Under the pieces are notes generated by a model. The model was not told the origin of the DNA, ran no database searches, and was given only the letters and a program-made list of their open reading frames with translations. From the NCBI GenBank assembly GCA_963755915.1, contig CAVWLP010000002.1:2592001-2656000 (forward strand): 64,000 bases of DNA, in the 5' to 3' direction. The translations under genes were made by a program, and so were the position numbers. This stretch comes from an uncultured Phycisphaerales bacterium (lineage in GTDB: Bacteria; Planctomycetota; Phycisphaerae; Tepidisphaerales; Tepidisphaeraceae). Shown here piece after piece: positions 1 through 11,811 of this stretch (within the stretch, counting starts at the first letter, position 1; each line of letters begins with the position of its first letter).

Positions 1-1506
1 CTGTACAAAAGTGGCGTAAAGATTACGCATTCCATGCCGCTGCTGCTGCGCGGCTCGACGCTGGACGTTTACAGCGGCAATGACCCGGAGCGCGGGCGCT
101 GGCAATGGTCGCGCTCGCAGTTGCTCGATCGATTCGACGACGCTGGAGATACCAGCTCGGAGGATGCCCATCGGACGCTGTACGACACCGGCGTCCCCGG
201 AATCTGGACACAGGTGATCAACCTCCAGCCCACGGCGACGAACAAGCTCTTTGCGATGGCCGGCCCTACGGGGATTTCGTCCCCGCACGAAATGGAGATC
301 CATTTCTCGAAGGAAGATGGGGTGCTGGAGACGGCGCCGCCGGTGCTGGAGCCGATCACCTATACCGTCACGTCGTCCGGCGAGCTGGACGTGCCCGATT
401 CTCCGCCCGACCAGTCGGCGGAGCGGTCGGTCATCGATCCTGCGATCGCCGCCTACGTTCGCCAGGCGGGGGTGTGCGGAACCGACGCGCTCGGCCAGCC
501 GCTGGCGCGGTATCCCACCAGTGGAAATCACATCTACGACCACCAGATCGCCGCGAACATCGAGCAGCACCTGCGGTCCAAGTTCACCTACACGACCGAC
601 CTGACCAACCTCGGCTCCCTGGGCGATCGCGATCCGCTGGCGGCGTTTCTGACCGATTTCAAGCGCGGCCACTGCGAATATTTCGCAGGCGCGATGACTC
701 TCATGTGCCAGAGCCTGAATATTCCCGCGCACCTGGTGGTCGGTTTCCGCTGCGCTCCCGAGGATTTCAACACCATGGGCGACTATTTCGTGGTCAAGCA
801 GTCCGACGCGCACGCGTGGTGTGAGGTTTTCACGGGCCAGAAATGGGAAACATTCGATCCCACGTCCGGCCGAGGCGTTGAGGGTACGGGCGCGAATCCG
901 TACGTGACGATAGTCAAGCAGTTCGTCGATTACCTGGAATTCAAATGGGCGGTCAGTGTGGTCGCTTACGACACAGGCAACCGAAAGAATTTCATGGACG
1001 GGCTGACCATCGCGATGGACAAAACCGCGGTCGACGGCAGCCAGAACCTCGCCGACTGGCTCGACAGATTCCAGAACCAGATCGCCTCGCCGACGGCGCT
1101 CAGTTGCGTGATCGCGGCCATGATCAGTTCGTGCTTTGGGCTGGTGGGATGGTTTCTGGTCGAGCGCTGGCGTCTTCATCGCCGCGCCAGACGCATCGGA
1201 ATCAGCGCCATCGACTCCGCCGAGCAGATGCGCCTGGTGCGCCAGCTTGGCTTTTATGACGATCTGCTGCGAATCCTTTCGCGATACCAGATCGAGCGTC
1301 CGCGCAACCAGACGCCGCTGGAATTCAGCCGCTCCCTGGCCTACCTGCCGGCTGATGTCTACCACGATATTTTTCGCCTGACGCAGGCGTTTTATCGCAT
1401 CCGCTACGGCGGCGGTAAACTTCCATCGCACCCCCGGCGACATCTGGCCAATGCCGTCTATCGCATCCAACTGGCGCTGGATGCGCTCCATCACGAACTG
1501 CAATGA
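1..1506 (+). CDS. Transglutaminase-like membrane protein (TgpA/DUF3488 type, probable C-terminal DUF4129); 5' partial
   Basis: Catalytic triad motifs GHCEYFA, HAWCEV and WETFDPT; C-terminal TM helix followed by a QTPLEF...FYRIRYGG segment. The frame is open from base 1, so the start lies upstream of the window. Confidence 0.85.
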   Translation: MYKSGVKITHSMPLLLRGSTLDVYSGNDPERGRWQWSRSQLLDRFDDAGDTSSEDAHRTLYDTGVPGIWTQVINLQPTATNKLFAMAGPTGISSPHEMEIHFSKEDGVLETAPPVLEPITYTVTSSGELDVPDSPPDQSAERSVIDPAIAAYVRQAGVCGTDALGQPLARYPTSGNHIYDHQIAANIEQHLRSKFTYTTDLTNLGSLGDRDPLAAFLTDFKRGHCEYFAGAMTLMCQSLNIPAHLVVGFRCAPEDFNTMGDYFVVKQSDAHAWCEVFTGQKWETFDPTSGRGVEGTGANPYVTIVKQFVDYLEFKWAVSVVAYDTGNRKNFMDGLTIAMDKTAVDGSQNLADWLDRFQNQIASPTALSCVIAAMISSCFGLVGWFLVERWRLHRRARRIGISAIDSAEQMRLVRQLGFYDDLLRILSRYQIERPRNQTPLEFSRSLAYLPADVYHDIFRLTQAFYRIRYGGGKLPSHPRRHLANAVYRIQLALDALHHELQ

Positions 1507-2768
1507 TCGCCATTGTCCTTTCGATCGGCGATGAACTGGTCCTGGGCCAAACCGTGGACACCAATTCGGCGTGGCTGAGCGCGCAGCTCGCGACGATCGG
1601 CTGGCAGGTGGCGGCGCACGTGACCGTGGGGGACGACCAACGCGCCATCGAAGCGGCGATTTTCGATTCCGCATCCCGGTGCGATGCCCTGATCGTCAGC
1701 GGCGGGCTTGGTCCGACGAAGGACGATCTCACTCGCTTCGCCGTGGCGGGCGTGCTTTCCCAGCCGCTGGAAATGAATGCCCGGTGGCTCGAGCAGATGG
1801 AACAGATGTTTCGCCGCCGCGGACGGGTGATGGCGGAATCAAATCGCAGCCAGGCGATGATTCCGCGCATGCGCGACTGATCGACAACCCCGCCGGGACC
1901 GCGGCCGGAATCGACGCCGATCTGAATTCAACGCCGATGCATGCCTGCCGTGCTTTCGTTCTTCCCGGCGTCCCGCGGGAAATGCAGATTATGTTTGAGC
2001 GTTCGATCAAGCCGCTCCTCGCCGACATGGGCGGCGGGGGGGTGATCCTCGCGCACGCTCCACACCTTCGGCCTGGGCGAAAGCAACATCGGCGAGATGC
2101 TGGGGGAGCTGATGGACCGCGGACGCGATCCATCCGTGGGAACGACGGTTTCCGGCGGCGTGGTTTCGGTGCGCATTGCCGCGCGATACCCGCAACGACA
2201 GGAGGCCGAAAAAAAAACTTGAGGAAACATCTGCCGAGTGCGGCCGCCGGCTTGGGGATCTGATCTACGGAACCGGGGAGCAAACCCTGGCCTCGGTCGT
2301 CGCCGGGCTGCTGACGAAAAATCTGGTTCGAACTGTCGCCACTGCCGAAAGCTGCACGGGGGGCTTGCTGGCCAAAATGCTGACCGACATTCCCGGCTCG
2401 AGCCGGTATTTTCAGCGCGGTTGGATCACCTACAGCAACGAGGCCAAGACGCAGCTTCTTGGGGTCGATCCCGCGCTGCTCGAAACCCACGGCGCCGTCA
2501 GCGAGCCGGTCGTCAAGGCGATGGCCCAGTCCGCGCGGGAAAAAAGTGGGGCCGATTTCGCCCTGGCCATCAGCGGAATCGCCGGCCCCGACGGCGGGAC
2601 GCCCCAAAAACCCGTCGGTACTGTTTGCATTGCGCTTGATCACGAGGGGGGTACGGTTACCCGCACGTTCAATTTTCCCGGCGACCGGGAGGGCGTGCGC
2701 GATCGCAGCGCCAAATGGCGCTGGCGATGCTCCGTTTCCAGCTTCTTGCTAAGCACATGCCGTTTTAG
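1503..2768 (+). CDS. cinA: Competence/damage-inducible protein CinA (MoCF-biosynthesis-like domain + PncC NMN deamidase), split by several frameshifts
   Basis: [56 protein letters not shown] and SGIAGPDGG occur in consecutive ORF pieces; the C-terminus reads ...MLRFQLL..* ending at 2768. Confidence 0.9.
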
Positions 2769-2911
2769 GGTTGGACCAAGGTTAGTGTGGGTTAATCTGG
2801 CTAATCTGCGAGCCGAGGCCCGGTTGTCTAGACCATAATTTTAACCGACTTTAACATGAATTATTTATGTCCCTCAGCGGCCATGTGATACTGTTAAACG
2901 GGCAATAGATA

Positions 2912-4585
2912 ATGCGCTCAAAAGGGAGAAAGTGCTGTCTCGGAGTGGGTCTCTGTGCCGTTATGGGCGCGGCGTCGTCCGTTGCCCGGGGGATCATTGT
3001 TTGGGGCGGTAACGGCTATAACAACTCCGCGACGACTCCCGCCCCGGACAACCTTCAGAACTTCGAGGGATACTTCCAAAACACGTATAGCGGTACGCCC
3101 ATTTCTCCAAACTTCGTCATCGCCGCCGCCCACACCGTCGAGGGCCCCACGGAGATCTTCACCTACGATAACGGCACCGGCACGCCGACGGTCTACAACA
3201 TGGTCGAAGTTGCCACCGAGGACGACATGGTCCTTTGGGAAATCGAGCCCAATCAGTCCGCATCCTTCTCCACCTACACGTCGGTCTATACCGGCAACAG
3301 TGAGGTCAATTCCCCAATTGTCGATCTCGGGGAGGGCTACTCGCGCGGCAGCGTCATCAGCTCCGTCCAGGGGAATCAGACCGTCGACCAGGGCTGGAAC
3401 TGGAGTGGGCTGTCCCTCGGCAATTTCTCCTGGGGAGAGAATTTCATTTCCGCCATCGACGAAGGGTCGCCGGGCACCGCGTACGGCGGCGATTTCCTCC
3501 AATACGATTTCCAAAACAATCCCATCTACCCTAATGGCGTTGCCGATACCAACGAATGCATCCTCAGCATCGGCGACAGCGGCGGGGGGGTCTTCATCGA
3601 CGTCAATGGAACATGGGAACTCGCGGGCGTGAACTACGGCTTTGACGGTGTCACCACCGATTCGGCGGGAAAAGACCTGCTCTACGCCTCGCTGTATAAC
3701 GAATACGGGTATTACAGCGAGGATCCCGATGGAACCTATACGCTGGTGACCAACAACTCGCAGTACGAGAGTTCCTTCGCCACTCGGTTATCCTCAAAAA
3801 CAAGCCTGATCGATCTGGCCGACGGCGCGGCTTCTGTTGCAGACGCCAATGAATATCGAATCAACGATGATGGCATCGTCGACATCCTCCAGAACATGAC
3901 GACCGGAGCGGTCATCGGCGGCGCCGCGCTTGAGGTGGGCATTTCCTATGCCACTGCGACCATGCAAATCGCCCCCAACAGCGGCACCAGTTGGATATCC
4001 TCACTCTCGATAGTAAACAACTCGAAACTCGATCTCACCAACAACGAAATCGTCATCACCTACACCGGCAGCGATCCGATCTCCACCATCTTTGGATACC
4101 TCAAATCGGGTTTTAACAACGGGGGATGGAACGGCCCGGGGATTATTTCCTCCGAAGCGCAATCGCGTGTAAATGGCTACGCCTACGGTGTCGGCTGGGC
4201 GGATGGCGCAGACGGCGTGGTCGCGGGACTGAGCAGCGGGCAAATCGAAGTGCGCTTCACTCTGCTCGGCGACGCCAACCTCGACGGCGACGTCAACGGA
4301 TCCGACTTCAGCATCCTTGCCGCCAACTTCGGGTTGGGCTCCACCAACTGGGACCAGGGGAATTTTCTTTACACCAGCTCAGTCAATGGCGCCGACTTCG
4401 CCGTCCTGGCAGAGAATTTTGGGCAAGGGGTCACCACCGGCCTGAAGAACGCCGACATCGCCGCCCTCGATGCCTTTGCGGTCGCCAATGGCCTAACCAG
4501 CGATCTTCCCGAACCGGCAGCCGGCGTTCTCTTAATTGCTACGGCGCTGGGGGCCTGCGGCCATCGGCGGCGAAAACCCACCTGA
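2912..4585 (+). CDS. Secreted trypsin-like (S1) serine protease with dockerin-like module and PEP-CTERM anchor
   Basis: Signal peptide; IAAAH (His), EDD (Asp) and GDSGGG (Ser) motifs; LLGDANLDGDVNGSDF module; LPEP + hydrophobic helix + RRRK tail. Confidence 0.85.
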   Translation: MRSKGRKCCLGVGLCAVMGAASSVARGIIVWGGNGYNNSATTPAPDNLQNFEGYFQNTYSGTPISPNFVIAAAHTVEGPTEIFTYDNGTGTPTVYNMVEVATEDDMVLWEIEPNQSASFSTYTSVYTGNSEVNSPIVDLGEGYSRGSVISSVQGNQTVDQGWNWSGLSLGNFSWGENFISAIDEGSPGTAYGGDFLQYDFQNNPIYPNGVADTNECILSIGDSGGGVFIDVNGTWELAGVNYGFDGVTTDSAGKDLLYASLYNEYGYYSEDPDGTYTLVTNNSQYESSFATRLSSKTSLIDLADGAASVADANEYRINDDGIVDILQNMTTGAVIGGAALEVGISYATATMQIAPNSGTSWISSLSIVNNSKLDLTNNEIVITYTGSDPISTIFGYLKSGFNNGGWNGPGIISSEAQSRVNGYAYGVGWADGADGVVAGLSSGQIEVRFTLLGDANLDGDVNGSDFSILAANFGLGSTNWDQGNFLYTSSVNGADFAVLAENFGQGVTTGLKNADIAALDAFAVANGLTSDLPEPAAGVLLIATALGACGHRRRKPT

Positions 4586-4816
4586 GAAATCCCATACTTT
4601 TCCCTGCCATGCTGGCAGCCGAAATCTCCCTGCCGCTGGCTTTGGCAGGAATCCCCTTGACAGCCGCTCTTTTCCCGCAATTTTGTGCGGGTGGCCACAG
4701 GCGTCTAACCTGTTGACATATTTCGGCTTACCGCGTTTCTTTCCCGTCGCTTTGATCCGTCTCTTTCCGGCACGGCGATTGTTTATGGACCTTTACGGGA
4801 AACCGAGGTAGCGCAC

Positions 4817-5224
4817 ATGGTTCAGACGCAACCAATAAATCGGTTTACGGTTCTTCTGGCTAATGAGCAGGAGGAATGGCATCAGACGGTTCGCGGACTT
4901 TTGCAGCCGCAGGGCGTGCAGACAGTCAGCGCCCACAGCGGCCGCGAGGCGCTGGATTTAATCGAATCCACGCCGGTCCACGTTGCCGTGCTTGATGCCC
5001 AGATGCCGCAGCTTGGTGGAATGCAGGTGATCCGTGTCTTGCGCGAATTGCACAAGGCGACGCCGGCAATCCTGCTGGCCAATCATCTGACCAACCACTT
5101 GCTTCAGGAGGCGCTGGGAATGCAGGTTTTCAGCGTTCTCAGCAAGCCGGTGGATTTTAATGTGCTTTTGGATGCCCTGGCCCGCGTGCTGCGGAGATAT
5201 CACGAGAATCGCTGGCCCGGATGA
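4817..5224 (+). CDS. Single-domain response regulator receiver
   Basis: 135 aa; SGREALDLI, VAVLDAQMPQLGG (phosphoacceptor Asp) and LSKPVD motifs. Confidence 0.85.
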   Translation: MVQTQPINRFTVLLANEQEEWHQTVRGLLQPQGVQTVSAHSGREALDLIESTPVHVAVLDAQMPQLGGMQVIRVLRELHKATPAILLANHLTNHLLQEALGMQVFSVLSKPVDFNVLLDALARVLRRYHENRWPG

Positions 5225-5294
5225 AGGATGAGAAACAAAATCGTTACGTCGCTGATTCGTCATTTAAACCCAACACTTTTTCAGGAGCCATGCC

Positions 5295-5583
5295 ATGGCC
5301 AAGCTGCGTCCTCTCGGTGACAAAATCCTCGTCAAGCGCGTCGAGGCGGAAACCAAGACCAAATCCGGGATCGTTCTTCCCGACACCGCCAAGGAAAAAC
5401 CCAGGCGCGGGAAGGTCCTCAGCGTCGGCGAAGGCAAACGCCTCGACACCGGCGAACGCGCCCCGTCGAAGTCAAAAAGGGCGACGAAGTGATCTTCGCC
5501 AGCTACGCCGGCACCGAAATCAAGCTCGACGGCGAAGAACTCATGATCATGTCCGAGGACGAGTCCTGGCGGTCGTGGAGTAA
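5295..5583 (+). CDS. groES: Co-chaperonin GroES (frameshifted in this sequence)
   Basis: [15 protein letters not shown]...[15 protein letters not shown]...; continues in other frames as [18 protein letters not shown]...LAVVE*. SD-like AGGAG upstream. Confidence 0.95.
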
Positions 5584-5630
5584 TCGAGTTTTTTGCTCGT
5601 ACCTAACAACTCGCAAAATTTAAGGAGTAA

Positions 5631-7280
<1,650 letters not shown>

Positions 7281-7325
7281 GGATTGAGAATTGGCCACGA
7301 GGGCCAACTGACTTGTCTGTTTGAA

Positions 7326-7358
7326 GGCCGGCTGGTATCCCCAGCCGGCCCTTCTATT
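7326..7358 (+). terminator. Probable intrinsic terminator after groEL
   Basis: Perfect 10-bp stem GGCCGGCTGG/CCAGCCGGCC (7326-7335/7341-7350), followed by CTTCTATT. Confidence 0.55.
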
Positions 7359-7368
7359 GGGAGCTTAA

Positions 7369-8496
7369 ATGTCTTTTCAACCGTCGATTCCACTGCAAAA
7401 GATCGAGAATTCGCCCGTTCCTCCCGGCCACGAATCTCCTCCGCAGACGCAAGTGCTAATTCAAGGTCGTATCCTGTTGGACAGGACAGCGTTCGTGGGC
7501 CATCGCTTCTGTGATGCCGATCAGGAGGTGATAGATTTTTTTAAGGCGTTCCTCGCGGAATGTTCGGTCAAGACTATCAGCGGTGAGGAAGCGACCGTTG
7601 GATCCGTTTCTCAAAAAGTTAAGGATAGAATTGCTCTCGCGGAACTCTTTGTCGGAATACTCACTCGATTGGAAGAGAAAGCTACGGGTGTGTGGAGCAC
7701 AAGCGAGTGGGTCCTTCAAGAGAGAACACACGCAGCCGCCCTGGGCAAGAAAATAATCCTGTTAAAGGAGAAGGGTGTGGAACTTCAGGGCGGGTTGCAT
7801 GGCGATCACGAGTATATCGAGTTTGACCGCGAGAAGATGCACCGAGCGACGATAAAGCTAATGCAAATGATTTGGAGCCTGAACCCCGGAAAAATGACCC
7901 TAAATAAACAAGGCGGTCCGCAAATTAGCATAGACTTTATCGAAGCAGCGGTTGCAGCCCAACCGAACGAGCCCATGCTTCGCGTCCAGCTTGCGCAACT
8001 CCGCAACCAAGCCGGGCAGACCAACGCGGCAATCCAGGAACTCACTCGCGTTTTAGAAACGCACCCTGATTTCTCGCCGGCGCGCCTCGAACTTGTAAAG
8101 GCGCTGCGTATGGTTGGAAGGATGACGGACGCGCACCGAGAAGTCCAGCGATTGATGTCTGTGAATCCGCTCGACGGACAGGCCCATCATCAGTTCGCAC
8201 ATATTCTCGCCGCGAAAGGCAAATCTCTGGAGGCCCTTGATGAATTTGCAAAGGCTGAGAGCTGCCAGCCGGGCGACTGGGGTCACGGCAAATGCCACGC
8301 CGAATTACTGCTGACGATCTCTGGCGGAGACCGCAAACGACTACTTGAAGCTCGCGACCTGATCGCAATCGCCGTTGAACTCGGCGGTTCAAACGCGGAG
8401 GGACAACTGAAGGGACATATGATGGAAATACACAGGAGATTGTCTAAAACGCGTCCGGAGCGCCAGAAAAAGAAAAAGTCAAAAAAGCGACGGTGA
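7369..8496 (+). CDS. TIR-like / nucleoside-deoxyribosyltransferase-like N-terminal domain fused to TPR repeats
   Basis: AFVGHRF...KVKDRIALAELFVGILT...SEWVLQE...AAALGKKIILLKEKGV...EYIEFD follows the TIR-like flavodoxin-fold pattern; helical repeats (QPNEPMLRVQLA, HPDFSPARLELV, NPLDGQAHHQFA) follow. The true start may be near 7477. Confidence 0.65.
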   Translation: MSFQPSIPLQKIENSPVPPGHESPPQTQVLIQGRILLDRTAFVGHRFCDADQEVIDFFKAFLAECSVKTISGEEATVGSVSQKVKDRIALAELFVGILTRLEEKATGVWSTSEWVLQERTHAAALGKKIILLKEKGVELQGGLHGDHEYIEFDREKMHRATIKLMQMIWSLNPGKMTLNKQGGPQISIDFIEAAVAAQPNEPMLRVQLAQLRNQAGQTNAAIQELTRVLETHPDFSPARLELVKALRMVGRMTDAHREVQRLMSVNPLDGQAHHQFAHILAAKGKSLEALDEFAKAESCQPGDWGHGKCHAELLLTISGGDRKRLLEARDLIAIAVELGGSNAEGQLKGHMMEIHRRLSKTRPERQKKKKSKKRR

Positions 8497-8818
8497 TGGC
8501 GCCTCAAGTTGTGTCCTTCAGTTCGGAACAAAAAACGTGGATGTTATTACAGATTAACTCAGAATCGCGGCAGCTTTAACTTACTCGCCTGGAGTTGTTA
8601 TTCCCCTTCTCACCATCTCATTCATCATCACCCCCCGCCCCCACGCCCAAATTGATTGAATCCGCCCTCCCGCTCATCGCCAGCTTCACCATCGTCTCGC
8701 ACATCGCCCGGCATGCATCCAACAATCCGCGTCATTCCTCGCCCACGACAATCGCCACGCGCGGCCACGGGCCCACCCCCCCAAAAAATTTTTCAGAAAA
8801 ATCCGCCGATTTCCCAAA

Positions 8819-8850
8819 ATAGGTCCAAAACGTACACCTTTTGGACCTAT
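8819..8850. repeat. Perfect 12-bp inverted repeat upstream of the Y1 transposase
   Basis: ATAGGTCCAAAA-cgtacacc-TTTTGGACCTAT. Confidence 0.7.
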
Positions 8851-9061
8851 ATATGGATGTATCGTATTTTCGACCCAATTTCTCCCGCTTTCTTCCCCGA
8901 CAGATCAAATCCGCCGAGGGAATAAAAATTCCATCGACGAATCCCGGGAATTTCCGGACATTTTCGGACATGCCGCTCCGAAGCGGATTTATTTCGGGGG
9001 AACAGTGTTCCGGCGGTGTAAACACCACCGGCTTTGGTAACGGGGTCGATTTGGGGGAACG

Positions 9062-9670
9062 GTGTCTGCGTTGAAATGGGGGCGGATTTTTGGGAGAGTT
9101 TTGTTCGTGGCGGGGCGCGAGCCGAATCTTCAAAACGCCTGGAATCACTGGTTTCACTGCATGGGACATACCTACGGAACTTGGTTGCCGGGGGATCCGC
9201 GCGGGTTTCGGACGCAACAGCATCGCGAGCATGTGGAAGGGGATTACAAGAAGCCCCCGCCGGCCGGGCGGTACGAGGGTTTGTACAAATACTCAAAATC
9301 GATCATGCGCCGTGAGCCGGTGTTTTTGAAACCGAAGCAGCGCCAACTTTGCGCCCGATTTCTGGCCGAATCACTATTGCGCCGCAGACTTGATGTTGTC
9401 GTCGTCAGCGTCGACTCGAATCATTTTCACATTCTCGCGAGGTTCCTGGATTCACGAGCCGACCACTGGATCGGCGTCGCGAAGCGCGAGACGTCGCACT
9501 ATGTGAAGCTCGAAGGTAAATGTCCGCCGGGCGGACTTTGGGCCCGCAACGGAAAGGCGCAACCGATCACCGACCGGGAGCATCAATTGTCAACGGTGCG
9601 CTACATTCTCAAGCACAGAAAATTTGGTGCTGCGGTTTGGTTCCAGGGAAAGTTATTGGCGCCGTTATGA
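9062..9670 (+). CDS. HUH (Y1) transposase, IS200/RAYT-like
   Basis: HTYGTWLPGDPRG N-terminal signature, NHFHIL HUH motif, LWAR and VRYILKH (catalytic Tyr). Start codon uncertain. Confidence 0.75.
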   Translation: MSALKWGRIFGRVLFVAGREPNLQNAWNHWFHCMGHTYGTWLPGDPRGFRTQQHREHVEGDYKKPPPAGRYEGLYKYSKSIMRREPVFLKPKQRQLCARFLAESLLRRRLDVVVVSVDSNHFHILARFLDSRADHWIGVAKRETSHYVKLEGKCPPGGLWARNGKAQPITDREHQLSTVRYILKHRKFGAAVWFQGKLLAPL

Positions 9671-9704
9671 AAGCTGTTGGAGCTTGCTCCCACAGAACCG
9701 ATTT

Positions 9705-10106
9705 TCACTCCTCCATCTCTCGCAAATACTCCCCCAACGGTCCCCAGTAATACCTCTTCCACCCATCCGTGACCCCCGCATGATCCTGCTCGGGGACATT
9801 TACGTGCACCAGGTCAATCCGCCCCTTCTTCCCTTCATCTGAGAACGTCAAAATCAAAATCGAATCCATGTCCCCCTTGTGAAAATTCTCGCTGCGCCAG
9901 CGCTGCACGATCAGCTTTCCCGGAATAACCGAAACCGTCGTTCCCTCCAGCATGCCGCCGAATGCCTCAAAGCGTGTGCCGGGCTTGGGGCTGATCTTCA
10001 CCGGCGCGCCGGTTACTGCGGCATGACGTTTGGGGTTCATATAAAGGTCGTAAAGCTCTTTCGCTGATGCGTTAAACTTTGCCGTTTGTACGATGGGCCT
10101 GGTCAT
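9705..10106 (-). CDS. SRPBCC / Aha1-like (activator of Hsp90 ATPase homologue) domain protein
   Basis: ELYDLYM...FEAFGG...GKLIVQRWR...LVHVNVP...DGWKRYYW. Confidence 0.85.
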   Translation of the reverse strand: MTRPIVQTAKFNASAKELYDLYMNPKRHAAVTGAPVKISPKPGTRFEAFGGMLEGTTVSVIPGKLIVQRWRSENFHKGDMDSILILTFSDEGKKGRIDLVHVNVPEQDHAGVTDGWKRYYWGPLGEYLREMEE

Positions 10107-10300
10107 TATCGGATGTTATGAAAATTGCGGCCCGCACGCTATTTTCGGCTCTTTATTCGTCACAAACCCTCCGGCCGTCATAACCGGCATATCGATTAGC
10201 GCGGAAGCCCGGCAAAACTTTTCGGATCGCTCCGGTTGTTTGGTTTTGAGGGCGATCTATCGGATATGAGGATGCAAGCAGTACTTGGGAGGAGTCCGGT

Positions 10301-11772
10301 GTGGAAATCCCGTTAAGCATCTATGAAGAAATAACCGGCCAGGGCGAACTTCCGCCGCCGGTCGATGAAGCAGACTTCGAGCGCCGCAAACATCGGCGTG
10401 TTCCGTTCGGATGCCGCGCGACGATTTTTCCCGAACGCAAGACCGGCGACAACACGCCCAGCGTGGTCATGGTTCGCGACATGTCGGTCGCAGGCCTGAG
10501 CATTCTCAATACCGAGCCGCTTAAACCTGGCACGCCATTCCTTGTCGAGTTTCGGGGGCGCCAGGATCGTCCCGTAAAAATCCGCTGCGCCGCTGCCCGC
10601 TGCGAAGCAGGTGGAGTCGGTGGATCGCAGTTTCTCGTGGGTGCAACGTTCGAAGCGCTGCTCACCGAAGAATTGAAGCCCACGGAAACCAAACCCCCGG
10701 AAACAACATCCGCGGAAACAACACCCCCGGAAACAGAGCCCCAACCATTGGACCCGTCGCCAGAAGAGCTGGTTGCCGCCACCACAGAGGAAACAGGCGA
10801 TCCTGTCGATGAAGACGCCATCGCCGAAGCGCTCCAGCCAGATGAAGCCGCGCCGGAACCGGTGGATGCGGTGGAAGCGCTGGAAGCGCCGCAAGAGGTG
10901 GATGCGCTGGCAGCGCTGGAAGCGCTGGACGCGCCGGAGGCCGAGCAGGCGCAACCGCAGGAGGAAGAAATTGCAGCGCCCGTGGAAGAATCACAACCTG
11001 CTGAGGAGACGGAAGAATCTGAACCCAACCCGGGCCCCGAGCCCGAGCCTGAACCGGAATTTGAACTAATAGATCAGGAATCGGAGGAACAAGTGACACC
11101 GCCCCCTACGCCCGCTGAACCAGCGCCTGTAAAGCCCATTGCCGCTAAACCTGCACCCGCGCCCGCCCCCAAGCCGGCCGCGCCGGCGGCAGCGCCTGCC
11201 CCGCGGCAAAACCGAAAACGTCTTCGCTCTTCAGCGGCGGCGCCAAGATCAAACCGCTGTCGGAACTTCCCGACGGGGATTACGGATCCGGTGAAGCTGC
11301 CGCTCCTAAGGCCGCCGCGGCGGCTCCTCCGCCGGAGGCGGCGCAGCCTCAGTTCCGCGTCATCGCGATGCCCATGCCCGAGCCGCAAAAGCACGCTGGG
11401 ACGGAAATGGAGCTAGGGCCTCAGGACTCTGACACGTCGGGCAGTGACGAGAGCCAGGAGACCCAGGAGACGCAGGAGACTCACGAAATCCGTCATGCGC
11501 CCATCGGCGCTGGAATGCACCACGAAATCCTGGCCCGCGCAAAGCAAACGCTGCTCGCCCAAAGCTCGACGATCAAGACCCAGCAGCAGCAGATCTTTGA
11601 ACAGCGGAAACAGATGAAGAAACTGGCCGACGAACTGGCTGCCCTGAAGCACAACATCCAGGACCTGCAGGGCAGAGTCACCGAGGACGACAGCGCGTTT
11701 GCCGAGCTGGCCGATGTGCTGGACCAGACCAAGCCACCGGAATCCCGGCCGAAAGCCAGCGAAGCCGCCTGA
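10301..11772 (+). CDS. PilZ-domain (c-di-GMP-binding) protein with acidic Pro/Glu-rich linker and C-terminal coiled coil; frameshifted
   Basis: ERRKHRRVP (RxxxR) and DMSVAGL (DxSxxG) motifs; the low-complexity linker continues in ORF 11368..11772 with heptad-like helix. Confidence 0.75.
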
Positions 11773-11811
11773 CCTGCCGAAGGAGCGGTCTATCCGGTAT
11801 CATCTAAACCG

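Noticed and set aside
4768-4785. Sigma54-like site CGGCACGGCGATTGT upstream of the receiver gene
   Set aside because: The invariant -12 GC is GT, so the match is too weak.
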